A DNA stretch of 64,000 nucleotides from Nitrospirales bacterium. Lineage in GTDB: Bacteria; Nitrospirota; Nitrospiria; Nitrospirales; UBA8639. The translations under genes and the position numbers were made by a program. Positions 23,801 to 37,112 of the stretch are shown piece by piece (the first letter of the stretch is position 1; each line of letters starts with the position of its first letter). The stretch lies in NCBI GenBank assembly GCA_965203295.1, contig CBDBCZ010000018.1, forward strand, positions 1,664,001-1,728,000, given 5' to 3'. Under the pieces are notes generated by a model. The model made no database searches. It was given only the letters and a program-made list of their open reading frames with translations, and had not been told where the DNA came from.

Positions 23801-26800
23801 AATCCCAGCCTTCTCAACCCCAACTAACAGCTATGGACTTACAAAAGTTGTTTAGTGTAGTACAGGAGTTTTGTAATAAATGGAGGTTGAAAATCTAACG
23901 TAAGAAAAGAGTGCTGTTATGGTATTTTCTAAAGAGGTTAATACAGGTGCATGTACATGGAAGTGGGTGATAAAGACATTCCAGAGGTTGTAAGTTACTG
24001 TTACTTAAGCACAGATAATAGTTCATGGGATAATCATGTGCAGAAGGCAATTAATAGTGGAGAGAAAAACTTAATCAATTACATAGGTTTTTAGGTAATA
24101 GGATTATCAGTACAGTTGCAGGAAGGATAATTATTGTTAGTTTCAATACTTCACCCTACTTTAGAATAATTATGGTAGTGAGGTGTGTGCTTGTAATAAA
24201 CGATAAACAGCTTTCTTAGAATTTATACAGCTAAGAGCAGCTAGAAAAATACTTGGCTGCTCTTCCAAAATGTGTAATGAAGCAGAAAGGGGGGATATGG
24301 GGTTAAAATCTTTAAATGCAGGAGTGATAGGTCAATAATTTAGATGACGAGAGATATCCTAGATTACTAGACAGTGATTGAGAAGTAAAACCATATAGAG
24401 AGAGGTAGGGATAGGAAGACCTGGGGTTAATTAGAAAGAGCTGCTACTATGCTCTGAGGTAAAAAAGTGTTATATGTCGCAGTGATAGTGAGAGTGCAAT
24501 GCCCTGTATGACTACTTATAACATTATCACCAATCTCGTGGTTGTTTTGCACTAGACTAGCCCATTACTTCTGAGCCAATGAAACTACAACACTTTCTGA
24601 GATAATATGTTTTGCCCCCCCCCCCCCCCCTTGAGTTGCAGTCCAAATAATCCAGTACCCTATGTGAAAGCCTCTCATTAAACGTCGTAAAGTGCTAACT
24701 GTAGTGCTTTGGTGTCTATAATTATAGCTTATTTGAGTCAACTGCACTCCCAAGTGTACAGGTTATGGGTGAGCAGAGACGTGAGTGAGCATAGAATATG
24801 ATATGGATGAGTAGAGGAATAAGTGTATATTAATTGTTATGTACAACCTCAGGACAATGCAAACCTTGTGAATGTGCTGTAGTCTTTGGCTGTAGTGTGT
24901 CTCCTCTGAGCTATACATTCCTACGAACACACTTTACATGACCCTGTAGCTACTTGCTAGTGTCCATGTGTATACTAATTGAAACTGCACAGCAAATGGT
25001 GCAAATGTGTGATATGGATTAACTCAGAACACCACAATGTGCTCTTGGTTGAACAGTTTTCAAAATAACTTTTCAAAAAACTTTCGAAGAATCCATGCTG
25101 GTATGTGGGAACGGAATTGGAGCAGCAACATCAGCTGATGGAGAGAGAAGCTCCTATTCTTGTGTGGTAGCTGCCCCAACTACATTAATTAAATGATGCA
25201 GCATATTTGTGAGTCCCCCTACATGAGGTTATAGGCAACACCTCTTTAATTGTGGAGTAGCTGACAATCAGAGAACATTATTGAATGGTGGTGGTTGTGC
25301 ACTTTCAATTTTCAAGAGTTCAGCTAGTCCGGCTACAGTAACCTGAAGTGCAAACAACAATTCAGAAGGAAGCAGAAAGGTCCAAACACAGTCAAGAAGA
25401 TCACAATTTACAGTGAATTATTGAACCGGCGGGAAAAGCCGCAACTTCAACAGACGGTTATTAACTCTTTCTCAGCATTGTAGTATGAATTTGCTTTTGT
25501 GTCAGTTCTGTAGTTGTATTGATTACAATTAGCTTCTCTTTAGGCTCTGTAATCTACTAGCTGTCTGTTATGTCACTATAATTTTTCAACTAAGTCCTGA
25601 GCTAAAACCATTTTCCAAGGAAGTACAAACTACGGTTTGAAAATTTGACCGTGATAAACCCACACAACTTATACTACTTTTCTATATTCGCTTACTTGCT
25701 CTATTTGTATAGCACAAATATACTGGTGTGAACAAGTGAAAGCATTAGTCTACCATTCCAGGAAAAGGAAAACTGACAGTGTAAGTAATGTAAATTATTG
25801 CTTATGATCTCATGTGGGATGACTCACACCATATGCCAAATCATAGTCACGCCACCGGGACTGCATGAAATTTTTAGTGCACGAGTGTGCCAGAAATTCT
25901 ATACAGTCTGCAGGTAGCCCTAATTAAAATAATAATCTAATCATAATGAAGTTGTTGTAATATAATAGAATAATTATGGTAGTGAGGTGTGTGCATGTAA
26001 TAAACGATAAACAGCTTTCTTAGAATTTATTCAGCTAAGAGCAGCTAAAAAATACTTGGCTGCTCTTCCAAAATGTGTAATGAAGCAGAAAGGGGGGATA
26101 TGGGGTTAAAATCTTTAAATGCAGGAGTGCTAGGTCAATAATTTAGATGATGAGAGATATCCTAGATTACTAGACAGTGAGTGAGAAGTAAAACCATATA
26201 GAGAGAGGTAGGGATAGGAAGACCTGGGGTTAATTAGAAAGAGCTACTACTATGCTCTGAGGTAAAAAAGTGTTATATGTCGCAGTGATAGTGAGAGTGC
26301 AATGCCCTGTATGACTACTTATAACATTATCACCAATCTCGTGGTTGTTTTGCACTAGACTAGCCCATTACTTCTGAGCCAATGAAGCTACAACACTTTC
26401 TGAGATAATATGTTTTGCCCCCCCCCCCCCCCTTGAGTTGCAGTCCAAATAATCCAGTACCCTATGTGAAAGCCTCTCATTAAACGTCGTAAAGTGCTAA
26501 CTGTAGTGCTTTGGTGTCTATAATTATAGCTTATTTGAGTCAACTGCACTCCCAAGTGTACAGGTTATGGGTGAGCAGAGACGTGAGTGAGCATAGAATA
26601 TGATATGGATGAGTAGAGGAATAAGTGTATATTAATTGTTATGTACAACCTCAGGACAATGCAAACCTTGTGAATGTGCTGTAGTCTTTGGCTGTAGTGT
26701 GTCTCCTCTGAGCTATACATTCCTACGAACACACTTTACATGACCCTGTAGCTACTTGCTAGTGTCCATGTGTATACTAATTGAAACTGCACAGCAAATG

Positions 26801-28834
26801 GTGCAAATGTGTGATATGGATTAACTCAGAACACCACAATGTGCTCTTGGTTGAACAGTTTTCAAAATAACTTTTCAAAAAAACTTTCAAAGAATCCATG
26901 CTGGTATGTGGGAACAGAATTGGAGCAGCAACATCAGCTGATGGAGAGAGAAGCTCCTATTCTTGTGTGGTAGCTGCCCCAACTACATTAATTAAATGAT
27001 GCAGCATATTCGTGAGTCCCGAGGTTATAGGCAACACCTCTTTAATTGTGGAGTAGCTGACAATCAGAGAACATTATTGAATGGTGGTGGTTGTGCACTT
27101 TCAATTTTCAAGAGTTCAGCTAGTCCGGCTACAGTAACCTGAAGTGCAAACAACAATTCAGAAGGAAGCAGAAAGGTCCAAACACAGTCAAGAAGATCAC
27201 AATTTACAGTGAATTATTAAACCGGCGGAAAAAGCCGCAACTTCAACAGATGGTTATTAACTTTTTCTCAGCATTGTTGTATGAATTTGCTTGTCAGTTC
27301 TGTAGTTGTATTGATTACAATTAGCTTCTCATTAGGCTCTGTAATCTACTAGCTGTCTGTTATGTCACTATGATTTTTCAACTAAGTCCTGAGCTAAAAC
27401 CATTTTCCAAGGAAGTACAAACTATGGTTTGAAAATTTGACCGTGATAAATCCACACAACTTATACTACTTTTCTATATTAGCTTACTTGCTCTATTTGT
27501 ATAGCACAAATATACTGGCATGAACTAGTGAAAGCATTAGTCTACCATTCCAGGAAAAGGAAAACTGACAGTGTATGTAATGAAAATTATTGCTTATGAT
27601 CTCATGTGGGATGACTCACACCATATGCCAAATCATAGTCACGCCACCAGGACTGCATGAAATTTGAAGTGCACGAGTGTGCCAGGAATTCTATACAGTC
27701 TGCAGGTAGCCCTAATTAAAATAATAATCTAATCATAATAATGTTGTTGTAATATACGTATGACTAAAATTTCATGTAGTAGTAATGTCTGAAAACTTTG
27801 AGCTTGTAAAATATGTTATAGGTCTACTTGTATTTTGAAGAGGGCAAGTTGTAAAAGCACTCTTGATCTATGGTGGATACGAAATAATTGATTCAGGTAT
27901 CAAGGTCGGCATACAACCAATTCTGTTCCCACATACCAGCATGGATTCTTTGAAAGTAGTAATGTCTGAAAACTTTGAGCTTGTAAAATATGTTATAGGT
28001 CTACTTGTATTTTGAAGAGGGCAAGTTGTAAAAGCACTCTTGATCTATGGTGGATACGAAATAATTTATTCAGGTATCAAGGTCGGCATACAAGCAGGCA
28101 AATTTGCTGCAACAGCTTGAATCACTCCAACTTGTCTGAACATAGTAGTCCATAGCCTTAGCAATGCTGGTGTCGTCTTTGATGCTTTTGCTGTTCCATT
28201 CGATCGCTTAGTTCTAGTAAAAGGTGCATATGACATCCACAAGTATTTGTACAGGTGGGGAATCACTACAAAGTGATCAGTTGGAGAGGCTGATCAAGGA
28301 TTCTAATAAGGAAAACAAGAGCTTCAGTTGAAGTAAGCATTTAAATCTGCAGATAGTGATGTGATTTTTATACATGTGCGTATACATCAAAGTTGTATCG
28401 ATACTGTCGTATGTATTTAATTCTACTTTTAATGTGTGAATATGTCTATTATGGGTTGTTTACACTTAACTTATAGTTCCATCATTTTATCAATGTTTTA
28501 ATCAGTTGGAGAGGAATTTTAATGAAATCAAGAGCTTCAGTTGAAGTAAGCATTTGAATCTGCAGATAGTGATGTGAGAATTGGGACAGGTAAGATTTTA
28601 AGGCTTTATTAAAACAAGTTATAAGAGTTTGTAGTGTTAATCTGAAATACTAGGAAGAATAAAGTACGTATACGGTAATCAAGACGTGGTTGCTCTTGCT
28701 CTTGTCCGTTGATTGGAGATCTTGGATCTTGGATGATTGGAGCCCCGCCTGCATATGTGGGTGCATGCATGGTCAGTGGCGTAAGCGCTATGGCAGTATA
28801 TGTAATATATAAACCAGGAGGTGTATATCAGTGA

Positions 28835-28935
28835 TATATCACCTGCTGTGGAGGAGGTTTTTGGGAATATATCGCTCGGGCCGCAGGCCCGAGGGGTATA
28901 TTTCCAGAAACCTCCGAACACCAGCAGGTGGTATA
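28835..28935. repeat. Long hairpin with CTCGGGCCGCAGGCCCGAG core
   Basis: Arms tatatcacctgctg..ggaggtttttgggaatata / tatatttccagaaacctcc..cagcaggtggtata. Confidence 0.75.
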
Positions 28936-29343
28936 GCAATAATATTCACCGATTGGACATCATATAGCTTTTGGACATATAGCTTTTCCGCTTGCAGAAA
29001 GAGAATGCATAACTGAAACAGTACTTGTGATAGAAGGTCAACTGTGACAATACTGCAACAGTGGGATGAAACCAAACAGGTGCTGTGCCTCACAAAATGT
29101 ACTAACTTAACACTCTTATTCTTCTCTCACTCAGGTTCACCCACATTGGCCTAGTGGTAAGGGATTTCCTTATACTATATACCGGTATACGTAAGTCTCA
29201 AATCATTGTTGTGGGTGTAGTCTAAACAATGCAAATTATGGCTGAGAAAGGTGCAAAAGTATACAGCAATAAGTTAATACGCGCAGATGCGATCAATAAT
29301 CATATCCAGTTCTGATCGATCGAAACCAGGAAAACATGTAGTA

Positions 29344-29518
29344 CAGTGAACCCCTCTATTGTGGAAACCTTGAGGAACTGGTTAAATGTCCTGTATAGAG
29401 AGGGGTCCTCACTTCAGGGGTAAATTTACATTAAGAAAGCATATTTGGGACATAGCAAAGTGTCCTTAATACAGAGGTGGCTATAATTCAGGGGTGTCCT
29501 TTAGGAGGGGTTCCACTG
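29344..29518. mobile_element. Tc1/mariner (pogo/Tigger-type) MITE
   Basis: TA|cagtgaacccctct...aggaggggttccactg|TA. Confidence 0.8.
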
Positions 29519-31019
29519 TATGTGCACATATATCCTCCGCGGATGCAGTTTTACCTGGGGCACAGCCAAGGGGTAAAACCGAGGATATTTTGGGTGCATA
29601 CCCTCTGAGGGGGTGTGGTCTATCTGACTTATCCCACTACTGCGCATATGCGTAATTATCGTTAAGTAGCTGGAACTAAGGACGTACAGAAGTGTAGGAT
29701 ATGCGCCTATATATCCTTCTGCTCTCGTTCTATAAAACACTAGAGATGAGATAAATGCTTTCTGAAATTTTAAGACAAACACAGATTGATAATTTTGCCA
29801 CTGTACAAGTCATCACACTTGGTGGCTTTGTTGTGACAGTGCTTTGTACCGCAATAGAAAATTGTGTTGGAGAATCCCTGAAAGAAGCTGTGAAATAACT
29901 GGTATTGTAACAGTGCACGACCTCCTGTGACTTCTGGCACAAATGGCAGAAGTGGTCCCAAGAACTGCCATGCTTGGGATGGTGTTTTCACCCACCAGTT
30001 CTTTGAGGCTGACCTATCTAAACTTTTACAGGCTCTTAAAAATTGAAAATAATCTACCGAGGTGCTTTTTGATATAGTCCTATTAGCTAGTGAGAAAAGG
30101 CAGTGTAGAGGCAGAAAAATCATAAATGGTAAAAGTAACTAGCTATGAGCTTCTTCAACAAGAAATTGTCCTTTTGCCTATGCTATACCATAGGACCAGC
30201 TTTAATTGCGATAATCTGTTTAATAAGCTACAAAAAAATAAAAACGCAATCATGAGTACGCACGCGAATTTATGCACACGCAAAGCACAATTATAAAATG
30301 TGCAATTATAACCAGTCCTACACTACCTTAACAGGAAAAGCCCACTGAACTAATAGGTGGGTGAGTAATTAATTAGGCTTTGAAGTTTCACTTTTGAAGG
30401 ACGTTGTCACTTTTTCAGTCAAACCAAGTAGTGGTTTAACTGGTTTTGGTTAATACAGCTGCAGGCTCAGACAGACTCAGACTAACAGTGGGTATGCATG
30501 CAAGACAAGTAGTTCGGCAGTCATATGTGTGTAACTACCATAGAGCTATCTTTGACTGCTACTGGTACCGTTGAACTGCCAACACAGCATATGAATATAC
30601 ATGCACTAAAATAAATTACTCACCTATCCTTGGTAAATAGAGCAGTTTCCTTCGTCTAGTTTCTCTGTTACTACATCCTCCTGGCCCAAGATCAGTAGTC
30701 CAGTACACTGGCTGAGCAGCAGTGTGATGTCATCACCGCGTACCCCTGTGACGGAAATAACTAGTTTAAGTACATTCAAGTACATTTGGGAGGAGTTACA
30801 AAAGTAACAGATCATTTTAAAGGTACGTATCTGCACACTACTTGTTTGGTACAACAACAGCTACACTCAGGAGGATTGGATGTACAGATTTGATAGTACT
30901 CCAAAGATGACCAGTATGCCACTACAAAAAAAACACAGCTGGCTAAAAGACACATACTCAACCAGCACTAATAATAGTTTCGTAGTGGAGCTTCTGAGTG
31001 GAGAGGCAAGCTTTATTAA

Positions 31020-31160
31020 CTCTTTACCAACCAATGACGCATATATGCATCATGAGCTCCCATAAGCCCATATGAATTATATGGGGGTTTAATACTAGCC
31101 GTTAATACTTTGTAAAGGCTTTATTGCTTATTTAAGCTGTTTCTTATGGTTGGTAAAGGG
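31020..31160. mobile_element. piggyBac-type MITE
   Basis: TTAA|ctctttaccaacca...tggttggtaaaggg|TTAA. Confidence 0.85.
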
Positions 31161-33279
31161 TTAATTAATGCCAGTAGATGATGGTAGGCCCACCTGTACG
31201 ACTGCTCTAGCTAGATCATTGCCGTTCTTTTCTTATTATCGTAGGTGTTTTCATCCTATTATCTGACCAGCAAATGTTAACAATTATTACCAGCAACTGG
31301 GTTACCTTAATTACCATTCTCAAATGAAGTTATTCATGGGAGTTGGTCTGGCAAAGCCCTTTTCATATTCCTATACCTAGACAGGTTACTTTATTATCAC
31401 ACGGTCACGACAGTACTAGTGAACTAAGGCAGCTGAGCAGCTCACAAATTAGTCATATATATAATAAATTTCTCCAAAAAGACTCTGTAGTTTTGTAGTC
31501 CAATGGCTTTCCTTTGAAAAATAATCACTTGCATCTGCATGACATGTCTGAAAATGTTGAGCTACTAAAGTGTATTGGCGTGATAGATGGAGAAGTACAC
31601 TGTCTATATTCTGTAGACACAGCTCAGCGGCTGTTCTAAACCTGTTCGCGACTGATACGAGTCACACGTTTTTCTCTGAAATCTCGTAGTGACTCGCATC
31701 TAGTCTCTACAACCTTACACAGTTCTGCTTGAGAGACACTCTTGCTATGCTGCATGCGTGCTGCGGTATGTCACTGAATATGGCACCACATCAGAACTAA
31801 ACTTACATCAGTTTGCCAACTACATGCCCACTCCATCTTGTAACATTAAATTATATGCATGTCCCTTTTTGGTGCTTGCTAATCTGTTTACTGTTTCACA
31901 CCTATGATGGGTAAGAATTAATTAGCTATACTGCTCTGTGTCCATCACATAAAAACTGCATGCCTATTGAAATTCACTGCATTGTTCCTTCGTTTAACTA
32001 TATTGCGTTAACTCGTTCCAGGCTCCCCCCATTGAAAGTGCACTGCAAGTGACAAAGCTGGGGAGTCTTGGGATTGCAGCTAATATATTACATGTATTGA
32101 TTTACCAGCTTCTTGTTCCTGAAACAAATAGGCTTTTACCACATACCGGGGCTGGCCTGGTCAGTAGCTAGGCAGAAACATATCTATGGCAAGAGCATCT
32201 GGCTATAGTATTGAAATTTTGATTCAATCCCGCATATTCCCGCTGTCGGACTGAAGTGGACAGAGTTCCTGTAGAGTCGGAAAGTGGGGGCAGGCTGGTG
32301 TCATATAGGAATTTAAAATCCCTCCCATTAATTAAGCCTATGTTAGTAAGATTATACTGAGAAAGAATGAGACGTCAACTAAGGTTTGGTTGCCTATACC
32401 CTTGCAGGTATATAGATACCCTAAAATACCCCTTCAGAAATAGGTTATGTAAGCTATGCAGAGCAGAAACTGAAGACTGCCCACCAAGCACTGGCATGGC
32501 AGGGTAAGCCACCCATCACCAACACTTGCTGTCCTTCCAGTGACCCCAACCCCTTGCTGCTGCATTTATATGGTGATGTATACGCATGTAACAATCTATT
32601 CAACATACTAACTGTTTATAATATTGTTGTCAAATTAGGGTTCTATACACACAACCTCCCCTTCCCATCAAAATAATTAGGACAAAGAGGTCACTACATT
32701 TATGCAGAAGACCTCCCTTACGCTGAGGAGTTCCCGGCCCATCTCTACTGCACACACAACGCACCAAGTGCCCAGAGTCACGTACCTCGGATGCATCAGG
32801 CTCATGGGGTTGTGGAGCTAGGTGCGGCAATGGAACCAATCCCTGATGTCAAAGCAGATTGCTGTGAAGGAGCTGTTGCCGACAGTCATTGCAGGAGCAA
32901 TCTGGGGGCATTCCTGCAGTGGTCAACAGGTGATGTTCCAGTGTGACATAATAACAGCCGTTACCGCTAGCCGGGAGTGAGATCTAATATAGGTGCTCCA
33001 TGCCTCCTTTTCATAGAGGCCTACTTTCAATTTTAGTTTTCGCCTGAACACCTGCCCAGAGTGGATAATGAGTGTGCGGATGACCTCACCCGCAACCAGA
33101 TACATGTAACTGCCTTCCAAGAGAAAGTCCCTGAAGCCAGCAGTTTACCTTCACCATAGATAATAGAGGACGTGCTCAATTATCTATGCTTTTGCCCATA
33201 ACCTCTTCCCTACTGCAGTGGCTGCTCCACCCCCAGCTGGATTGGACATCAGCTGGCTGGACCCAGCTGTTTCTGTCGG

Positions 33280-34230
33280 AAAGGCATAGCAGATTCGACT
33301 CACAAGACTCACAAATCAGCTTTGCCTTGTTTTGGGCCATTTAGCTCATTGTAACAAACAGTGCACGTTACGTGCTCTATTATCTATGATTGTTCTGTTA
33401 CAATATAGTCTCCCCCTTCCCAGTATTGACTTTGTTATTATACATCCTCCTATCTTGCAACTCAACAACTCACCGCACAAACGGTTAAGACCTATCTCTC
33501 AGCAATCCGCTATATGCAGATCATTCTGGGCCACGGGAATTCTCCTCGTTACCCCGCCTACAATTTGTACAAATGGAAATTCAACGCACTCAAATACAGA
33601 GGGTCTCTACGCCACCAAGGGTCTGCCCCCCAATTACCCCTGCAGTACTGTCTCACATCAGAGAACACTGGTTAACAAATTCCTTGGATCCTGACATAAT
33701 AATCCTATGCATGTTCAGCGGCCTACCTTTGTTTTATGGGTTGGTTTTTCGGTCAGGTGAGCTGTAGAGCTTTGACCCAACAACACTCCTCAGCTGGGGT
33801 GATATTGCAGTGGACAATCATGTGAACCCAGCTGCAATTCGGATTCATCTGAAGCGATTGAAATGTGACCACATTAAAAAAGGCATATATTAATATTTTC
33901 GTGGATAGTACTTACACCCCTATTTGCCCAGTGGCAGCTGTTGTAGCCAATATAACAGTTCGAGGCTCAGCTGACGGGCCATTCTTTGATTTGACCAAGC
34001 CAAAATTTGTTGCCAAGGTCTGTCAAGCCTAGCCTCGTACCCAGTCCCATCCCACCCAGTAAAGTCAAGCCCTGCAAGCAATAGGCCTCCACTTAGCAGG
34101 ACAAGTTACCGTATTGGGGCAGCAACTGAGGATTCAATAATCCAGACATTAGGATGTTGGAGCAGTGCTGCCTTTACCTACATCTGTGCACCTAGAGAGA
34201 ACCTGGCACATTTTTCGCTCACATTTGTCA
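33280..34230 (+). mobile_element. Tyrosine recombinase remnant of a DIRS/Ngaro-type retrotransposon
   Basis: Across frameshifts: QTVKTYLSAIRY, PITPAVL, FRSGEL, LSWGDIAVD..IRIHLKR.KCD, CPVAA, RGSADGPFF, (H)SYRIGAAT, IQTLG.WSSAAF. Confidence 0.85.
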
Positions 34231-34447
34231 CGTAGGTTGGGGGGGTAAGAATGCAGGCACTCTCCCCTGAGCTGATATTGGGGGGCCCAGCTTGGGTCCC
34301 CCTCATCTTCACCCTCCAAACACTATAGGGCTGGAAGATACAAGCATCGGGCCATTCTGTTGATCCACCTACTTACTGGCCAACACAGAGGTGCCCAGAC
34401 CTCCCCCTAGACTATTCCTGTAAGAGAATGCTAGCTGGTTCGGTTAC

Positions 34448-34587
34448 TAGTCTAGCCCCTCCCTCTCCAATTTTCCCGGTGAGAGGGAGGGGCTAGCAGC
34501 TAGACTAACCACTATACTCTCGTCGTCATGGTCCACCCATCCCTATAGTCTCGCATAGAAGCGCGAGGGGCTGGCTACGCGAGGCTA
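34448..34587. mobile_element. Two tiny TAG-terminated palindromic MITEs (34448-34507 and 34546-34587)
   Basis: tagtctagcccctccctctc...gagagggaggggctagcagctagacta; tagtctcgc...gcgaggcta flanked by ccatcccta/ccatccctt (8/9 TSD). Confidence 0.65.
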
Positions 34588-34918
34588 CCATCCCTTTATT
34601 ACCCAGCCACTTTTCCAGACATAAGCTTATACTAATAGCCTACCAAACTCGCAGCGAGCACTTACCTTCGCTATAGAACTCTGTACGGGAGAGTTGGAAG
34701 CGCTCACTATTACAGCGAGCCTGCGCGTGCTTCGGCCTCTAGTCTTCCAGGCGCATTATTGTACGTGGCTGCAGGTAGCTGGGCTATTTTGTGTAGTGGG
34801 TGGGTATTGTGGGTGTGCCCGGTTCTGTTGACCTTTTTCTTCGCACGATTGTGTGGTTTTGAAGAAGTTAATAGAGTGAGCTAGCTACTCACAACTCACT
34901 TCGCTCAGTGATTGGTGC

Positions 34919-35891
34919 ACGTTGCACCGCGACCAAAAATGGATTCCTATTGGGGTGACAGTGTTTGCAGCTCTCCTCGTATCTATCGAGAGATCAAACT
35001 CTCAGACAGGTTTCTCGTATGACAGGCAGGATCTATGGAATTTACCTACAGCAATGCGTCAGACTCCAATCGACATAATAACGTGAGATGTACAGAGGAA
35101 TTCTAGCCTCAAGGAGCTCGAATTTAACGATGTCTGGACTGCTACTCTTGACGGGACGTTTTCGAACAATGGTCTAACCCCCCGGTTTGTTGCCTCTACT
35201 GGTGGAACGGCTACCGTTCGCAATCACCTTGACCTCCTCAATTTCACCTGCACTGGGGACGCGAAAATGACCACGGTACGGGGCATCGCATAAACGGAGA
35301 AGAATTCGGACTGGAGTTCCACTTTGTGACCTTATTACAAGGAGAAGGCTCAGTAAACCTTAGTAACACAAGTCGCGGTGACCTTATTTCTGTCATAAGT
35401 GTGCTCGCAGAAGTGGATGACACTGCTGAAATTTTAGGAGTCTGGGAGAAACTCAACATCTCTGCGATTATCGGGGCTGGAAACAGTACTGCAGTAACTG
35501 GATTGAGTTATCCCTCAGTTTTGCCGGAGAATAGCGACTACTACTACTATCAAGGTTCTCAAAACGAGCCCACCTTGCTGTGAATTTGTACAGTGGTTCG
35601 TGTTGCAGAACAGGATCAAAGTGCCAAGACCTTTCTTGGAACAACTGCGAACAGTTCGGAACTTTAATGATGAGCCTATTACACTTAACAACAGAGATGC
35701 CCAGCCTCTCAATGGCCGTATTGTATCCGTTCTTCCCTCCTCATTAGCGCTTGATCTTGTCTTTATAAACGACACCCCACAAGTCAACGGCAGTGGTATT
35801 TTCCATGCTAAGTTTGCTACCAATACGCCTGGAACTGATATCTTTCTCACATGTCGTCTGGAAGGCCCTAGTGGCACTATCACGCAGGATT
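34919..35891 (+). pseudogene. Secreted alpha-carbonic anhydrase, intronless catalytic domain plus C-terminal extension, disrupted
   Basis: Signal-like IGVTVFAALLVS; RQTPIDI, NNG, QFHLHWG, LEFHFV, YYYQGS..T.PPC.E.VQW.VL, NNRDAQPLNGR. TGA at 35084-35086, frameshifts near 35232 and 35561, probable ATG>ACG at 34919, donor GTAAG at 35892. Confidence 0.9.
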
Positions 35892-35935
35892 GTAAGCATG
35901 CATGCTGTATATATATATTATTACACGAGTGAGCG

Positions 35936-37112
35936 GGTAGCTGGAGAGGGTCACAGGAGCCTGTCAGTCAAGTTTAATGTCTAGTTATACGTGTACATGT
36001 AGTCAATTTGATTTTATGAGAACGATTGCAACAAAAGAGCAGATGTTGACTCCATTTAGTCTTGTAATGTATTATGTAGTCATTCTTGAGTTAATCCAAT
36101 ACTTTTTTGTAGCCTCATTTTCGAGGCATACAATTTTGAGAGGCACTACCTATTTACCTTCTCCTGTGGACAACCAACTTGCAAACATCTGTATATGAAA
36201 AGAGTGTTAATTACTTAATTATGTCTTTTATCATGTGTAGTCTTTGGCCTGACTGACAGTCACATGAGTTCCATGACATCCCTTGGAGCAAGGTAGAAGT
36301 GGAGAAGTCTACATCTTCAGAAACATAAGGTCTGGATCGTCAGCTATACTAAACATGTGAGTTCAAATACAGCACTGCACATAGTATGTAGCTTCTACAC
36401 ATAAAAAGGTTTTGACACTAAAAACCTGGGAGTGCATGTGCAGTCCTAATTGGTCTGTAAATCTAGTTACAAGAGCAACATCAGTTTACTAGACTGTGTA
36501 ACACACGAATTCATTTTCTGCTGCGAATACAGGTCCTAGTCCAGTAACTTTGACAGCCTTAGATCCTGGAACCCATCGCGTTTAAGAATCAAACCAATCG
36601 GATGTGGTAGAGCTGGAGAGGGTCACAGTAGCATATCAGTCAAATTTAATGTCTAGTTATACCTGTACATGTAGTCAATTTGATTTTATGAGAACGATAG
36701 CAACAAAAGAGCAGATGTTGACTCCATTTAGTCTTGTAATGTATTATGTATTCATTCTTGAGTTAATCCAATACTTTTTTGGGTGGGGGGGGGGGGAGGG
36801 GGGGTGTTTGTCCAGGGCAATAGGCAAATAGCAGAACATGTGTAAACTGTTAGCTTTTGATTATGACAGCCTAACCTAGTTAGGAACCTGAGAGTCACTA
36901 CCCATTTGCCTTCTCTTGTGGACAACCAACTTGCAAACCTCCCTATATGAATATATTATTGAACTGAGAGTTTTAAGAGTGTTAATTAATAATCATGTCT
37001 TTTATCATGTGCAGTCTTGACCTGACTGGCAGTTGCATGAGTTGGGTGCTCCATGACATCCCTTGGAGCAAGGTAGAAGTGGAGAAGTCTACATCTTCAG
37101 AAAAATAAGGTC
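35936..37112 (+). repeat. Direct repeat pair (35936-36333 and 36606-37112)
   Basis: Shared gctggagagggtcacag...gtctacatcttcagaaa.ataaggtc; duplicated ORF text MSSYTCTCSQFDF. Confidence 0.85.

Larger units (their letters stand above)
17733..28570 (+). repeat. Tandem array of ~3.64 kb units starting at 17733, 22093, 25729 (internally deleted) and 27521 (partial)
   Basis: Each unit starts tgaac(t/a)agtgaaagcattag; duplicated ORFs 18081/22431/28066 and 20935/24565. Unit 1 is longer by the 718-bp insertion. Confidence 0.93.
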
